A program made the position numbers and the translations under genes. Of a stretch of DNA of 64,000 nucleotides, positions 25,131 through 37,149 are shown in pieces. Under the pieces are notes generated by a model, which ran no database searches, was not told the origin of the DNA, and saw only the letters and a program-made list of their open reading frames with translations. Source of the DNA: Isurus oxyrinchus (Eukaryota); NCBI GenBank assembly GCA_026770705.1, contig JANJGN010000041.1, positions 5,456,001 to 5,520,000 of the forward strand, written 5' to 3'. Position 1 is the first letter of the stretch, and the number at the start of each line of letters is the position of its first letter.

Positions 25131-25429
25131 CTAAGTGCGGCTATGCTATCATCAGTGTCCATAGATGAGCTCTCAGTATGCATCAGGAATCAAAAGTGTG
25201 GCAGACAATTCCACGGATCAATAAATTCCTTCGCAGGTATGGTCTTGTGATTTTGGGGCAGTGGAAGGGCCTGTAATATGGGAGGATCCAATGAAGAGGA
25301 GATTTTGATGCCTTGGGAATGCCGATTCATTTTTAAGTGCTGTGGGGCTGCATGAGGTATAGAAAGTTGAATAAGTCGCTTTGTGAGGCCAACCTGATGT
25401 TTAGGCTGAGACTGTCTCTAATATATGTA

Positions 25430-26420
25430 ATTCCGGCTATGAATCATGTGAAGGAAACTGTCTGTTTCGATCACTGCCTCTTCCCCGTGTCTCATTTCTC
25501 ACTCGGATCAGCCTGTCACCATATCGACAGGGAGGGAGGAGAGGTAAGGAAATGGCAGGGTCGAACTGACATCTTCAAACGCCACTGACAACATGCATGT
25601 AGAAAATGGCAGGGTGTCATTGGCATTTTATAGCTCCTGAATAGTCATGCTTTCAGAATCAGAACTACAATCAATGCCAAAGGTTCGCCAACCATATTCT
25701 TGGGTTTGTCATGGCCCAATGACAGGAGCGAGGTACATTGCATTTTGGCACAGGGGCATATAAGAGGTCTGAGCTTGTACTTGCAATGCTTGCTCAGCAT
25801 TGACTCCAGGCTCTGTCATGTCACAAGGCTTGAGGGCAAACAGGGAATGGGAACCTCCTGCTGATTCCCAGCTGCCTCGCTCTTGAAACTGATCAATCTC
25901 TACTCCCCCATTTTAAACACCGCATTGAAAAGCAATGAGCGTATCAAAGGTACAGAATGTTCTCTGCTGTGCGACCTGCATTTTCATCACCCAGAGAGAC
26001 TCTGGGTCACCGTTACAGACCCATGTGGCCAAGCCCTGTAAGGAAGAATAGGCCTGAAGCAGGTGAACCATCAGGAGGGAAATTTCTACTGGGCCTCAGC
26101 ATCACCAATCCACCCGCTGCAGTAACATCTCTCGCTCACGGTGTTGCTATGAATGACCACCGCAAAGCACTACTGACAACAGCCCTCTTTTTCAAACTGA
26201 GGACGCACTCCATTGTGTTTTGTGACAAGCATTGCTTTCAATGGGATAGTTTCAAAAGAGATCACACAGCACAACTCTCAACATCCATGAGGTTCGTGGG
26301 CCATCAGCAGCAGCAGAATTAAATTCAGACACAATCTGCATGACTATGGCCCTATATACTCCTCACCCTTCCACGACCATTACCGTTAAACTAAGAGAAA
26401 AGGCATGGTTCTCGGACAAT
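25430..26420 (+). mobile_element. CR1-clade LINE endonuclease-region fragment
   Basis: Remnants KQGMGTSC/NLLLI, ITNPPAAVTSLAHGVAMNDHRKAL, WDSFKRDHTAQLSTSMR. Inverted paralog at ~34930-35830. Confidence 0.65.
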
Positions 26421-29400
26421 GGAATGAGAACTTCTGATTTTACTACAACAATCTAGCCTTAAATTATGCCCGTTCCTTGCAATTCTATACCGCAGTCTAC
26501 CCTTCTAGCCATTTGGCATTCAGTTTTGGATCTGTTGTATGACAACTGTACACTCTCCAGAGCCCAAGAGCAAAATGTTTCCCAATTACAAACTCAGTCT
26601 ATGAGTGCAGGAGACGATGGAATGACGAGCAGCAGGCAAAACTGAGGATCACACCCTGTGGACCGTCACCCCGTTGACGCATTGCTCTAGCTGCTCAGGC
26701 TAAAGTTACCAATGGCGCTTCATATCAGGTGAGAAATATAAGATCTCAATTCCTACACACTTTTGAAATTATCTTTTGTTGATCTACAGTTGGCAACTCT
26801 ACAAATGGTAAGGTGCTGTAAAGTAACTTTAAAGAGAAAAGGCAGCACGTAATAGAAATGAGGTTATAGTTGGGAAACATTTTGTTCCTGGGATATGGAG
26901 AGTCTAGCGTTATTAGTCACTGGAAGCCAACCTGGATGCAGATTGGCTGGAATGGTGGACTGAGGGCGTGAATCGTAAGGGATGGGCAGAGGTTAAGGCT
27001 ACATTGTTGTAGGAACGTCAGAGTCTCTCGCCCTATTGGTCGAGAATTGTCAAACTAGGTACTATCTAAGGGTGTTATACAGTAGGGATGCACTCATACC
27101 ATTGCTTTAGAATCGCAAAAAAGTTGCTCAGCGAAGGCAACAAATTCTTGCCTTTCTAGTGAAGATTTCATATAGCCTGACAGAAATTTTTTTAAAAAAT
27201 CAAACATATAAAAGATCTAGAATAAGCAACATAACGGAAGTGGAGAAAATAACGGGACGTTAGATTGGCAAATCCCGAGGGTCAGATAGTTTCCATGCCA
27301 GCAATTGAAGGTAAAAGCTGAGAAATTGCGGATGTCCGGGCTCTACTATCTCGCAGTTCCATTCATCTCAGAATTATTCCTTCAGGCTGGCTAATTCTGA
27401 AAGGCGCTCTNNNNNNNNNNNNNNNNNNNNNNNNNNNNNNNNNNNNNNNNNNNNNNNNNNNNNNNNNNNNNNNNNNNNNNNNNNNNNNNNNNNNNNNNNN
27501 NNNNNNNNNNNNNNNNNNNNNNNNNNNNNNNNNNNNNNNNNNNNNNNNNNNCAAGTTACCCGAATGTGAGTTGTCAGGCGTGGAGGGAATGCAGGCTTTG
27601 CTTACGAGAAATGGCACCCAGGCTAGAAGGGAAAATAGAATGGAAGGAATTGCACAAATACTGCTTGTGCTTTCTGGAATTCGGAATGTTCCAGAGTAGT
27701 TCGGTTGAAGTATTCAAGGTGTTAAGGGGAACAGATAAGGCTGGAAAAAAGAAAATATTTTCAATGGTGGAGTAGACTCAGCCGATTGGGACAGCGTCTA
27801 AAATGTCTATTCAGACTGTTCAATGCAACATTTAGGGAACACTGCTGTATACACAGGCAGTACACAACGCTAACTGCCTTCTTAAGAAAGTACCAGATGC
27901 GAGATCTATTGCTAAAAATTAAGTGTAAAATTGAAAGTTTTCTGTGGCCCAGGGCTATTAAGGTCCACACAATGGTCACAACATGGACTCAGATCACACA
28001 TTTTTCAGAACTTTGTGGAATACCAGCCTGTGCATTTTACACACAGGCGGCCGGGAAGCAGCTGGAGCCCTGTGCTGGGGCGAATCCTTCCTGCGAAATC
28101 CTGGTACCCATGCTCAAGGCTACTGGTGGCCGGTCAATTCTGTGATCGGAGCTATTTTTTAACAGGCTGATAAGCAGCCCGAGACGAGCACTACGTGTTG
28201 CAAAGATGGGCAGAATGGTGTCAAAAATTGGTGCAGGTACAAGCCAACAAGCATTCTGCCTCTTCCATCTCCTTCACCTATCCGTTCTTGGATTGTGTGT
28301 CCCACTTGTGAGGCCACCATTTATTGACCATTGCTACCTGCCCATGAGAAATTGCTGGCAGTCTGCTTCCCTGTACCGCTACAGCCCATGTGTTGCCTGT
28401 ACACCCACAGAGAGTCAGAGAGTAAGGTTTGCGCCATGACATGAGGTTACAGATTGGGTTTGCGCTCAATCCTGCCTGTGCGGCAGTTGGACCTCAGTGC
28501 CTCATGGATGCCCGCTTTTGCGCTGCCCGACACATTTGGGAGTGACACACAACACCATGGAAGGTGCCCTGAGAGTGAAGACTGGATTTTTCCCCTACAA
28601 AGACTTTTTGCTTGTCACTGCTGCTTATACCTGTCATGGACAAATTAAGATGCTCAAGGTTAGATTAACGAGGACTGGGCAAAGCAAGTTTCCCTCCTCG
28701 TGTTGGTTCTCTCACTGCAACATGGAAGTGGAGAAAAATCGAAGGTTTTGGCTGCTGCCTGCTAACGGGGGCTTAGAAAGGCAGGTGCTCTCTCAGAAAC
28801 ACATGCAAAAACTAGAAACAGGAGCTAGATGTTGAAGCTGTTGCTCTTCGTCACGTTTTGAAGATAGTTGCCAGGCTGAAACAGTCTAGAAAGGGCCAGG
28901 TAGCCAGGTTCAAGCTAAGGAAAGCCCCAAATAATCGAATGAGTGGAACAGGAGAAAGTCCCAGACAGGCGATTGAGTTCATTGAAGGACAGGGACGTTC
29001 CCTTCCTTCCAGCCTGCCTGATAGATCCTTCAATGTTGAGTCACTGTTACTCCTTGGTACTGAGGACCCCAGAAACCCAGAGTACACCCGGTGCCATCTT
29101 TTCAATCGCAGCTGATGTTACCCCTGGATAAGCGTATTCCCAGTCTGAAAATGAACTTGATAGACACTAACTTATACTTGTTTGTTTAGATACGTGGACG
29201 GGACTATTGAAGAGTCGCTGGAGACAGCTGATGTGCTTTTAACAAAAGAATAAAACATTTATTAAGGAAGAAACGTTGAACTATAATAAAATATTGCTTT
29301 ACCCAGGACTATACCTTTAAAAATATATACAGGTTTTTCAGGATATCACATGTTAAAAGCTATCTTACACTCTACTACTCACAGTAAGCACAAAGTCCAA

Positions 29401-29459
29401 TAGGCACCCTGTATTCAGATAGACAACACTATGAAATCACGTTCTCGGTGTCACCTCAA

Positions 29460-30090
29460 CCCGATGCAATGACTCTTTCCCCAACTCCCCTCACACCATT
29501 ATAACCCTGTGAGCCAACTGGACTCATTGATCCCCCTCCGTTTTGACTTGTTGGACATGCTCTGAATCTATCCGGTTTATCACGGAGGGAGTTCCAAACA
29601 ACATAATGGCGTGTGTCCTGATGATTTATCTTCACAGGTGCTGAGCAGTGGTCACCCCTCCCCATGCCGCTTTGAGCAGAGGCAACTGCGGTGGGTAGAT
29701 TGGTGAAGACTGGTGAAGTGAAATTCCCCCCTCTTTTTGTTTCTGTCACCTTCTGTCGCAGGCCAAGTCTGTCAGGTATGTCCTTCAGGCGTCGAACACT
29801 ACGGTCAGGCGTAAAGTTACCGAACCACTCTTGGTGACGCATATTAAAGTCTCCACCCGCTCCCCCTTCATATAGATGACATCCTGTGTCCCCTTGTGTT
29901 CAGATGTATCCCAATTGTTGATTGACATGGAGGAGAACAGGTTGATCAGCCGTGCGAGGGAGGGTAGGGATCGGAATGAGGTGTCCTTGTCTCTGTTCAG
30001 TCCTCATGACACGTGTGCTTGGGTGGGCGATCAGAAATCAACAGGAAACTTCCTTTCCTGAGCATTTTTTTCTGTTCGGTCAAGACTACA
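29460..30090 (-). mobile_element. CR1-clade LINE endonuclease fragment
   Basis: ORF 29456-29842(-) reads HQEWFGN…RLGLRQKVTETKRGGN…FTNLPTAVASAQSGMGRGDHC. Confidence 0.7.
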
Positions 30091-30139
30091 TAGATGCCTT
30101 TGGCATGGTTGTGGGCTCAATTATTACTTTTTAAACTTA

Positions 30140-30464
30140 AAACGGGAGGCCAGCATTTATTGTCCAAGCCTAATTGCCGTTGTTCAGAGGCCATTTTGAA
30201 GAGTCAGACACAATGCTGTGCACCTGGCTTCAATTGCAGACAAGACCGGCAGATTTTCTTCCCTAAACAGCATTAGTGGACCAAGTGGGCTTTTATGATA
30301 ATTGGTATTAGTTCCATTGGTTATTGTTAGAATTGTTACCTACGGAAAAAAATTGAATTGAAATTCCAACATATGCCTTGGCAGGATTAGAAACCAGGTC
30401 CTCAGAATTTTACCCTGGGTCACTGGCTTACCAGCCCAGTGTCAACACCACTACGCCACTGCCC
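30140..30464 (-). mobile_element. tRNA-derived SINE
   Basis: Minus-strand 5' end gggcagTGGCGTAGTGG (A box) then GGTTTCTAATCC (B-box-like). The 3' tail (gacaataaatgctggcc) is shared with the CR1-clade LINE ends in the window. Confidence 0.7.
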
Positions 30465-31029
30465 CGACCGAAGGTCTACCAGCGGGCCTCAGATTTTGAG
30501 GGTCTGTCTGACAGAACGTACACAGGGATGGCAACGGGTGAAACTAGGGAGTTAAACAAAAGGAAAGGCACTGTGTTGGTGAATGTTTTGGATCTAAAGA
30601 AAGACTGTATAAAATCACTTCCCCTCACTCCCTGTCGGTACGTTGATACACCGATCTGAGTGAGAAGTGATACACGGATAAGAAGCGGTGATCAACGCAG
30701 CCAGTTTTATGCACATGATTCTGAAAGCATTGGATCATTGGCCATTGGACATACAGAAGGTAGCAGATTCTGAACGACAGAAATTCCAATTCGCTTCAAA
30801 CAGAATCCCAGGCGGGTCTCGCGGTGTGACATCCTGCCTCCGGGTTACTCAAAGAGGTTGGCAGTTCCTGAACTTGAAGCGGAGGTTGCATTTCCCGTTG
30901 ACCCTGTATGCATCACAATCTTCACATGGGAGTCTTCTACAGAACATTCCACCCCCATCACTCAGCACGATAGGGAATGGGAAACAGGAAGAAAGAGCTC
31001 ATTAGTGCCGCTGGTCAGAGCCGCTTGGC

Positions 31030-31650
31030 GCCCAGATGCACAAGAACCAGTTGTGGGCTAAAGTGCGCACATGGAGACCCGATATGGGAACAGTGGTCCA
31101 TATGTGGTCTAACCGAGGCATATGGAGACCAGAGCTTTGCAAAGTGCTCCAACTGTGGTCTAACCGAGGGATATGGAGACCGAACTGTGCACGGTGCTCC
31201 GATTATGTCTAACCGAGAGGTGCCGAGACCAAAACTGTACACAGTGCACAAGGTGTGGTCTATCCGTGGAGTATGTAAACCAGAACTATGTACATTGTCT
31301 GACTGTCGTCCAACTGATGGATCTGGCGATCAAAAATATGCTCAGTGCTTTGAGTGTGTTCTAACCGAGAGGTATGAAGACCAGAAAAGTGCAGAGTGCT
31401 CCATGTGTGGTCCAAACGAGGGATACAGAGGGCAGAACTGTGAACAGCGCTCTAGGTGAGATCTAACCGAGGGATATTGAGATCAGAACTGTGTACAGTG
31501 TTCCGAATGCGGTCTCACTGAGGTAAACGGAGACCAGAACTGTGCACAGTGCTTAAAGTGCTCTCTAACCGACAGGATTGGAGACGAGAATTTTGCACAA
31601 TGCTCTATCTGTGGTCTATCCGAGCAATATGGAGCCCTAAACAGTGCACA
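31030..31650 (-). repeat. 51-bp CR1-derived minisatellite array (~12 units), reverse orientation
   Basis: Recurring gtggtctaaccgaggg(a)tatggagaccagaactgtgcacagtgctcc. Translation SVRPQLEHFAKLWSPYASVRPHMDHCSH. Confidence 0.9.
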
Positions 31651-31654
31651 ATCA

Positions 31655-32090
31655 GAATGATGAAAGCTTATGCAACAACTACATGAAATTTCACACGGTG
31701 CCTCAAGACAGCATGTTAGAAAATTGATTTGACACAGAGTCACTTTAACAGGGATTAGTGGAAGGTTGCCCAACGCTAATTCGAAGATGGTGGATTGAAG
31801 GGCTATCACCAGGGAGGAGAGAGGTTTGGACAGTTTTACAAAGGGATCTTCCGGCCTTGGTCCCAGTCAGTTGAAGGCACCATGACCAATGGCAGGCCAA
31901 TTAATATTTCGGAATGGATTGGAGGGCAGAATTTGTGTGGCACAGGTATCTGGACGACTGCTTTGGGTTAAAGGAGATGTCAGAGAGAGAGTGGGATGAG
32001 ACAATGGAGACATAGGGAAACATTCTGTATCATTAATTCAAGATATCACCAAGGGAAAGCTCCTCGGTGGTTGATAGTTGAGGTTGGGTC
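31655..32090 (-). mobile_element. L2-like LINE 3' end fragment
   Basis: gatttgacacagagtcac…cagggaggagagagg…ggccttggtcccagtcagttgaaggcac resembles a reverse-strand L2 3' region. Confidence 0.5.
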
Positions 32091-34929
32091 ATTAAAAATA
32101 AAGTGCTCAGTTTTTGAATAAAGGCTCACACTGAGACTGACAGCTTTCTGCTTTTTGTAGGATTTTAATGGTAACGGAACGAAGAATGTGCAATGGTGTT
32201 AAGACAGTTGTCAGACCAAGCATTCCTATAACCTCCCAACGATTGAATAGCTCTCGCTGCCATGGGGACATGGTCACTTTCCCCCTGCACACTACAGCCG
32301 CTGCTTCGAACCTTACTGGCTGCCAGAGCCTGTAGCACAATCAGGAAGCCTGAGGCTCCTCCATTTCTTCCTCCTGTGTTCCCCATGCCTGCCTCACTCG
32401 CAGGCATCCCCTCTTGTCCCTAGCCACTGATCGAATCAGAAGACCATGTCCTGAATAATGTGACTGCCCCTAGTACAAATGACCAGGCAAATGCCCCACT
32501 CCCAGAGGCATCACTGTGTCAGCGGATGGGCCTCCATCTGACACTCACTGTAACCCTCCCTCTTTGTCTTCCAAGTTATTTCTCCACTTTTCTCTCTCAC
32601 GCATTTTCTCTCCCCCAAACACGTGTTTCTCCACCTCTTTACTTATTGCATCCCTTTTCTGAATCTCTTGCTCAGTTCCTCCCTCTCTCATCTCCATATC
32701 TTGATTACTATCTCTTGATGATATTTTCACTGATTCACGGGACGTGGGCTTCGCTGGCTGGGTCCAGAATTTACTGCTCATCAGTAATTTCTCCCTTGAG
32801 AAGGTGGTGGGGGAGCCATGTTCCTGAACTGCTGCAGTCCATGTGGTGTCCATACACCCACCGTGCTGTAAGGAATAGAATTAAAGCTTCACGCTCTGTT
32901 CTGCTGTTTGGCTATTTTTGTCACCTTTGCTCCTCCTTCTCCAGCTCCATCTTCCACTCATGCAAACTCTGTGTCTCACTCTCCATCTCCCTTTCTCTCT
33001 TTCACTCCGCCTTCCACATCTGCATTGTTGGTTAAATATTTCCAATTTTAGTCCCCTGCTGGTTGGTTAATAATTTACCCCTGAAGCGGAACTGTGCTTT
33101 CCGCAGTCACCATCTTGTCTGACTCCAGATAGGAATGAGCTGTCCCTGAATATGATCCAGAAGTTGACTGCCTTCGTTTGGGGACAATATGCAATCCCTC
33201 AATGAATGAGTGTCCAAATATCATCAGATTAATTGATCTAAAGCGGTGAAATAATGTGAAGAGATGTTTTATCAGTAGTGTATATGTCTAGATATATTTT
33301 TAGCGGGCTAAAAATTGACCCAATGCCATGTGGTTCCACTAGATGCGCGTTGAATTTCGACTCCTCGCAGGCCCATCCCATTCTGAATATATCCCACTGG
33401 GCTGCAAAATCTGGTGAGCCGGCCCTGCAGCTGGTGATGATTATTCCCAGGGACATTGATGGGGAAGTCTGAGCCATTGGCTTTAGGGTATCATTCGGTG
33501 AGTTTGGCTATGTCAGGCCATTGATCGTGCAGTCTCTGGGGCAATGCTCCAAATGTTGTCATTCCCTTGAACACTCAAGTGCTGATCAGACACAATGTCC
33601 ACGTGACAGCATTTGTGCCCTCCTCGAACTCACTTCCACTGAATGGGGGCAGTGGACACGCTGGCACAAATCGGCACCAAGTTAAATGGCAGCCCTGCTC
33701 AAGGGCCCAAACTCACGGACTGGGCACTGGAGGTTCTGAATGATGCGCCGCAGAGGTGGAGCAATGCACTGCAGAGCTTCATCTGACTGACCCAAGCTCA
33801 ACTTCCTGCCCCTCTCCTCCTCTAACCGCTGACATTGTCCTCCCTGGTCTAACACTCTAATCCCATTCCCCGTCATGACCAGGTGGATCTCTAGCACAAT
33901 GACAGTCAACAAGAATTCTCATCGTCCCGGAGAATCCAGGAAATGGTCCAACATATTCGAGGAGCCTTGCACTGATCTTGTTCAGTTGATGCCTGCTGGT
34001 GTACTGGATTGTGAAACTGTGCCTGAAGCCGTGTCTCACACTCAACCTGCTCAAAGCTGGGTGCACTGCACAACATACAGCTGGCCACACTTGTCGATAG
34101 TCAGCTCCTGAATTATTCTTCATGTGTTACCATCTGCAACAGCCTACAACTCATGGATGCACCCGCACACTGACTGGTGCACACCAGTCCATGTCCTGTG
34201 TCCATAAACCTGCCTTTGCCCCATTTCACTCAAAACATCTGACGGTAAAACATCCCTCCATCTCATCTTTAAAGTTAATATCATCCTTTCGCTAATTGCC
34301 ATTTGTGGAAGAGAGATGGAACTCTCTGTTACCCTTTGTGTGACGATATGTCCCTTTGCGAGAATAACAAAGCAGCGGGAATATCTTCTACATATCCAAC
34401 TTCGCTCGAATCTAATCGAATATTTAAGATTCTTGATCAAAGGCACAGTGATTCTGGCTTCGGTACAACAATCTAACGCTAGCTTGTACCCTATATTATT
34501 ATTCTGCTCCAAGTGCAGAGTGCTCCAGACTGTCCTGCCACAAATTCCCCATCACATTACAAATCGATTCCTCAGGTTATTCTTCTGGTCAGTCAGCATG
34601 CACGTTCTGGCTCCTGCTTAATTCTGATGCTGGAGCCATTGGAGCCCAAATTTGGCCAAATGCAATCTCAGTTCACACCTTATCTTTTTACTCTCGTTAA
34701 AGCTACATAAAAGCAGTTGACTTTTAAAGAGAAGCCAAGTCAAAGGCATCTTAACAATATTCCAATAATAGCAACATATCAATGAATTTCATCAATAGCA
34801 CCATGTACAATAGAATTGCTATTGTAGGTAACAATAATTACACCAATGTATCAATGAGCTGATTCCTAACAAGGTTAGAACATAATTTTCTTTTCGATAT
34901 GCCTTACCCCGCACTTGACACTCTCTCCT

Positions 34930-35830
34930 GCATTCTTCAGTGAATCAGGCTTGATCCTTTGCTTTGAACGTTATGGTGGTGTCAGGAATATGTCAGGCAA
35001 TGACCTTGCAGGTTGTATTTGAATTTAATTTCGCTGCTGCTGATGGCTCTTGACGCCTTGTGGATGTTGAGATTTGAGCTGTGTGATCTGGTCTGAATCT
35101 ATCCCGTTGAATCCAGTGATTTTCAGAGAATACATTGGAGAGTATCCTCAGTGCGAAGACCATCATCACAAGGCCTGTGTGGTGTGTCATTCCCATCAAC
35201 ACTGTCAGGGACAGATGCAACTGTAGCAAGTAGATTGCTGAGGATGATGTCATGTAGAAATAAGGCTCTCGTTGGTTCACCTGCCGCAGGCTTATTCTGC
35301 CATTCAGCGCTCGGACACCTAGGTCTGTAACGGTGACCCTGAGCCACTCTTGGTAATGGACATGCAGAGAACATTATGTGCATTTAATATGCTCATTGCT
35401 TTTTCCATGTTGTGTTTAACATGGAGGAGTATACATTGAACAGATTCGGGAAAATGGTATGTGGGAGTCAGCAGGATGTTCCATTTCTAATGTTTGCCCA
35501 CCTGCCTTGCGACATCAGAGAGACTGGAGTCTGTGTTGAGCACTCCTGTCACAAGCCTAAAGTTATGCATTTCTCTGTGTCAACACGTCAGGAAGAACTT
35601 TTCATTCAGTGGGTCATAACTTACCCAGGGATATGGGCGATGAATCTGTGACATTGCCTTTTAAGTTATGATTATTCCAGTGTGATTATGTTGGAGCAGC
35701 CGGGTGTCAATGTGGCTCTGCCATTACCTGACCTCCCTTCACTCCATGCCGATATGGTGACGCACCGATCCGAGTGCGAATTGAGACATGGACAAGAGGC
35801 AGTCATCGATGCAGCCAGTTTCATTCACAT
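34930..35830 (-). mobile_element. CR1-clade LINE endonuclease fragment (inverted paralog of 25430-26420)
   Basis: WIQRDRFRPDHTAQISTSTRRQEPSAAAKLNSNTTCKVIA. Shares specific sequence with the 25.4-26.4 kb copy. Confidence 0.7.
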
Positions 35831-36159
35831 GCTGCGGAAAGCAGTGGGCCGGGGTCATTAGATCCTCAGAATCTATCAGAGCAGGATTTATGGAATTACA
35901 GTTAGCTCCAGTCGGAGCCATGGACATCTCGCATATAGGGACATGTTATGTTTAGGCAAGTAATTTCTTATGCAGCAAGTGAGCCAAAAATATGAAGTAT
36001 GCCAAGAACCACCTCTCATATCTGTAACATCGGACAAATCTGCAGGTGCCTCCCAAATCATCACACTCTCTCCATTGTCCTTGGAAACAGAAAGGGATAA
36101 TTCAGTGCTACAAAATTTCAAAGCTCTGCCGCATCTGGCTGCCATGCAACCAAATTCAC

Positions 36160-36535
36160 TGGAGACCAGAATTGTGCACAGTTCTCCAGCTGTCATCTAA
36201 CCGATGGATATGGAGACCAGAACTGTGCGTGCTGCTCCAATGTGGTCCAACCGAGTAACATGGAGGCCTGAACTGTGCACAGTTCTCTAAGTGTGGTGGA
36301 TCCGAGATATATTGAGGCCAGAGCTGTGCACAGTGTTCCAGGCGTGGTATAACCGATTGATATGGCGGATGGAATTGTGCACAGTGCTACATGTGCCGTC
36401 AAACAGAGCGGTATGGAGAGCAGAGCTGTGCACATGGATCCAGTTGTTTTCGAACGGAGGGGCATGGAGGTTTGAACTGTGCATAGTGTTCCAGGTGTGT
36501 TGAAACCGATAGTTGTGGAGATGGGACTGTGCACA
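36160..36535 (-). repeat. 51-bp CR1-derived minisatellite array (~7 units), reverse orientation
   Basis: Recurring atggagaccagaactgtgcacagt…ccaa…tgtggt…aaccga. Confidence 0.85.
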
Positions 36536-37149
36536 AGGGAAATGCTGCACCTTCTGCATAAAGGGAGAGTGGCAATGGAGGGTTTTGAAACACGGGCCAA
36601 CAGGCTGGTAGGTAACCTCCTGCCCTGCAGGGCAGTATTGTCCTAGGGGAGTGAATGGTGATGAAGATGTCTCCCCAGATCTGCCGAGGAGAGGCACACT
36701 GCAGCAGAGCCATAAAACCCTGACCAAAGTTTATAGGTATTGCAGCATCTCACTGAGGGTCATCACGTAGATGGGAGAAACAAGGCAACTAGGATAGTTG
36801 CTTGGGTTATAATCGACAATTATGAGTAATTTTCTTTTAAAGACGATTTATGGAAGGGTGGAAAATGGATATGGACAGCTTTCTCTTTAGGAAACTTTTT
36901 AAGGTTTGTGGAAAAAAGAGGGGCAGATGAAGTTAAGACACCAATTTGAAACCTCATTCATTGTATCAAGTGACTTTACAAAAATGAATTGCAATCAGCA
37001 GATGTGACTTTGAGGGTCGTACAGAAATTGCCCATATATTGTACATTTAAATCTCGGGAATTATATGGCCGGGTGACAGACATTGACAATGCCTTGACAT
37101 GAAGCGATTAATGTCCATAATGAATAGGAAAATATTTACATACTGGGAT

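Noticed and set aside
27900-29130. ORF-rich stretch faintly resembling a Tx1/L1 endonuclease region
   Set aside because: Similarity too weak to call by eye; needs BLASTX or Dfam.
32460-33035. 191-aa ORF
   Set aside because: Low-complexity pyrimidine-rich sequence plus a reverse LINE tail. No domain or splice support.
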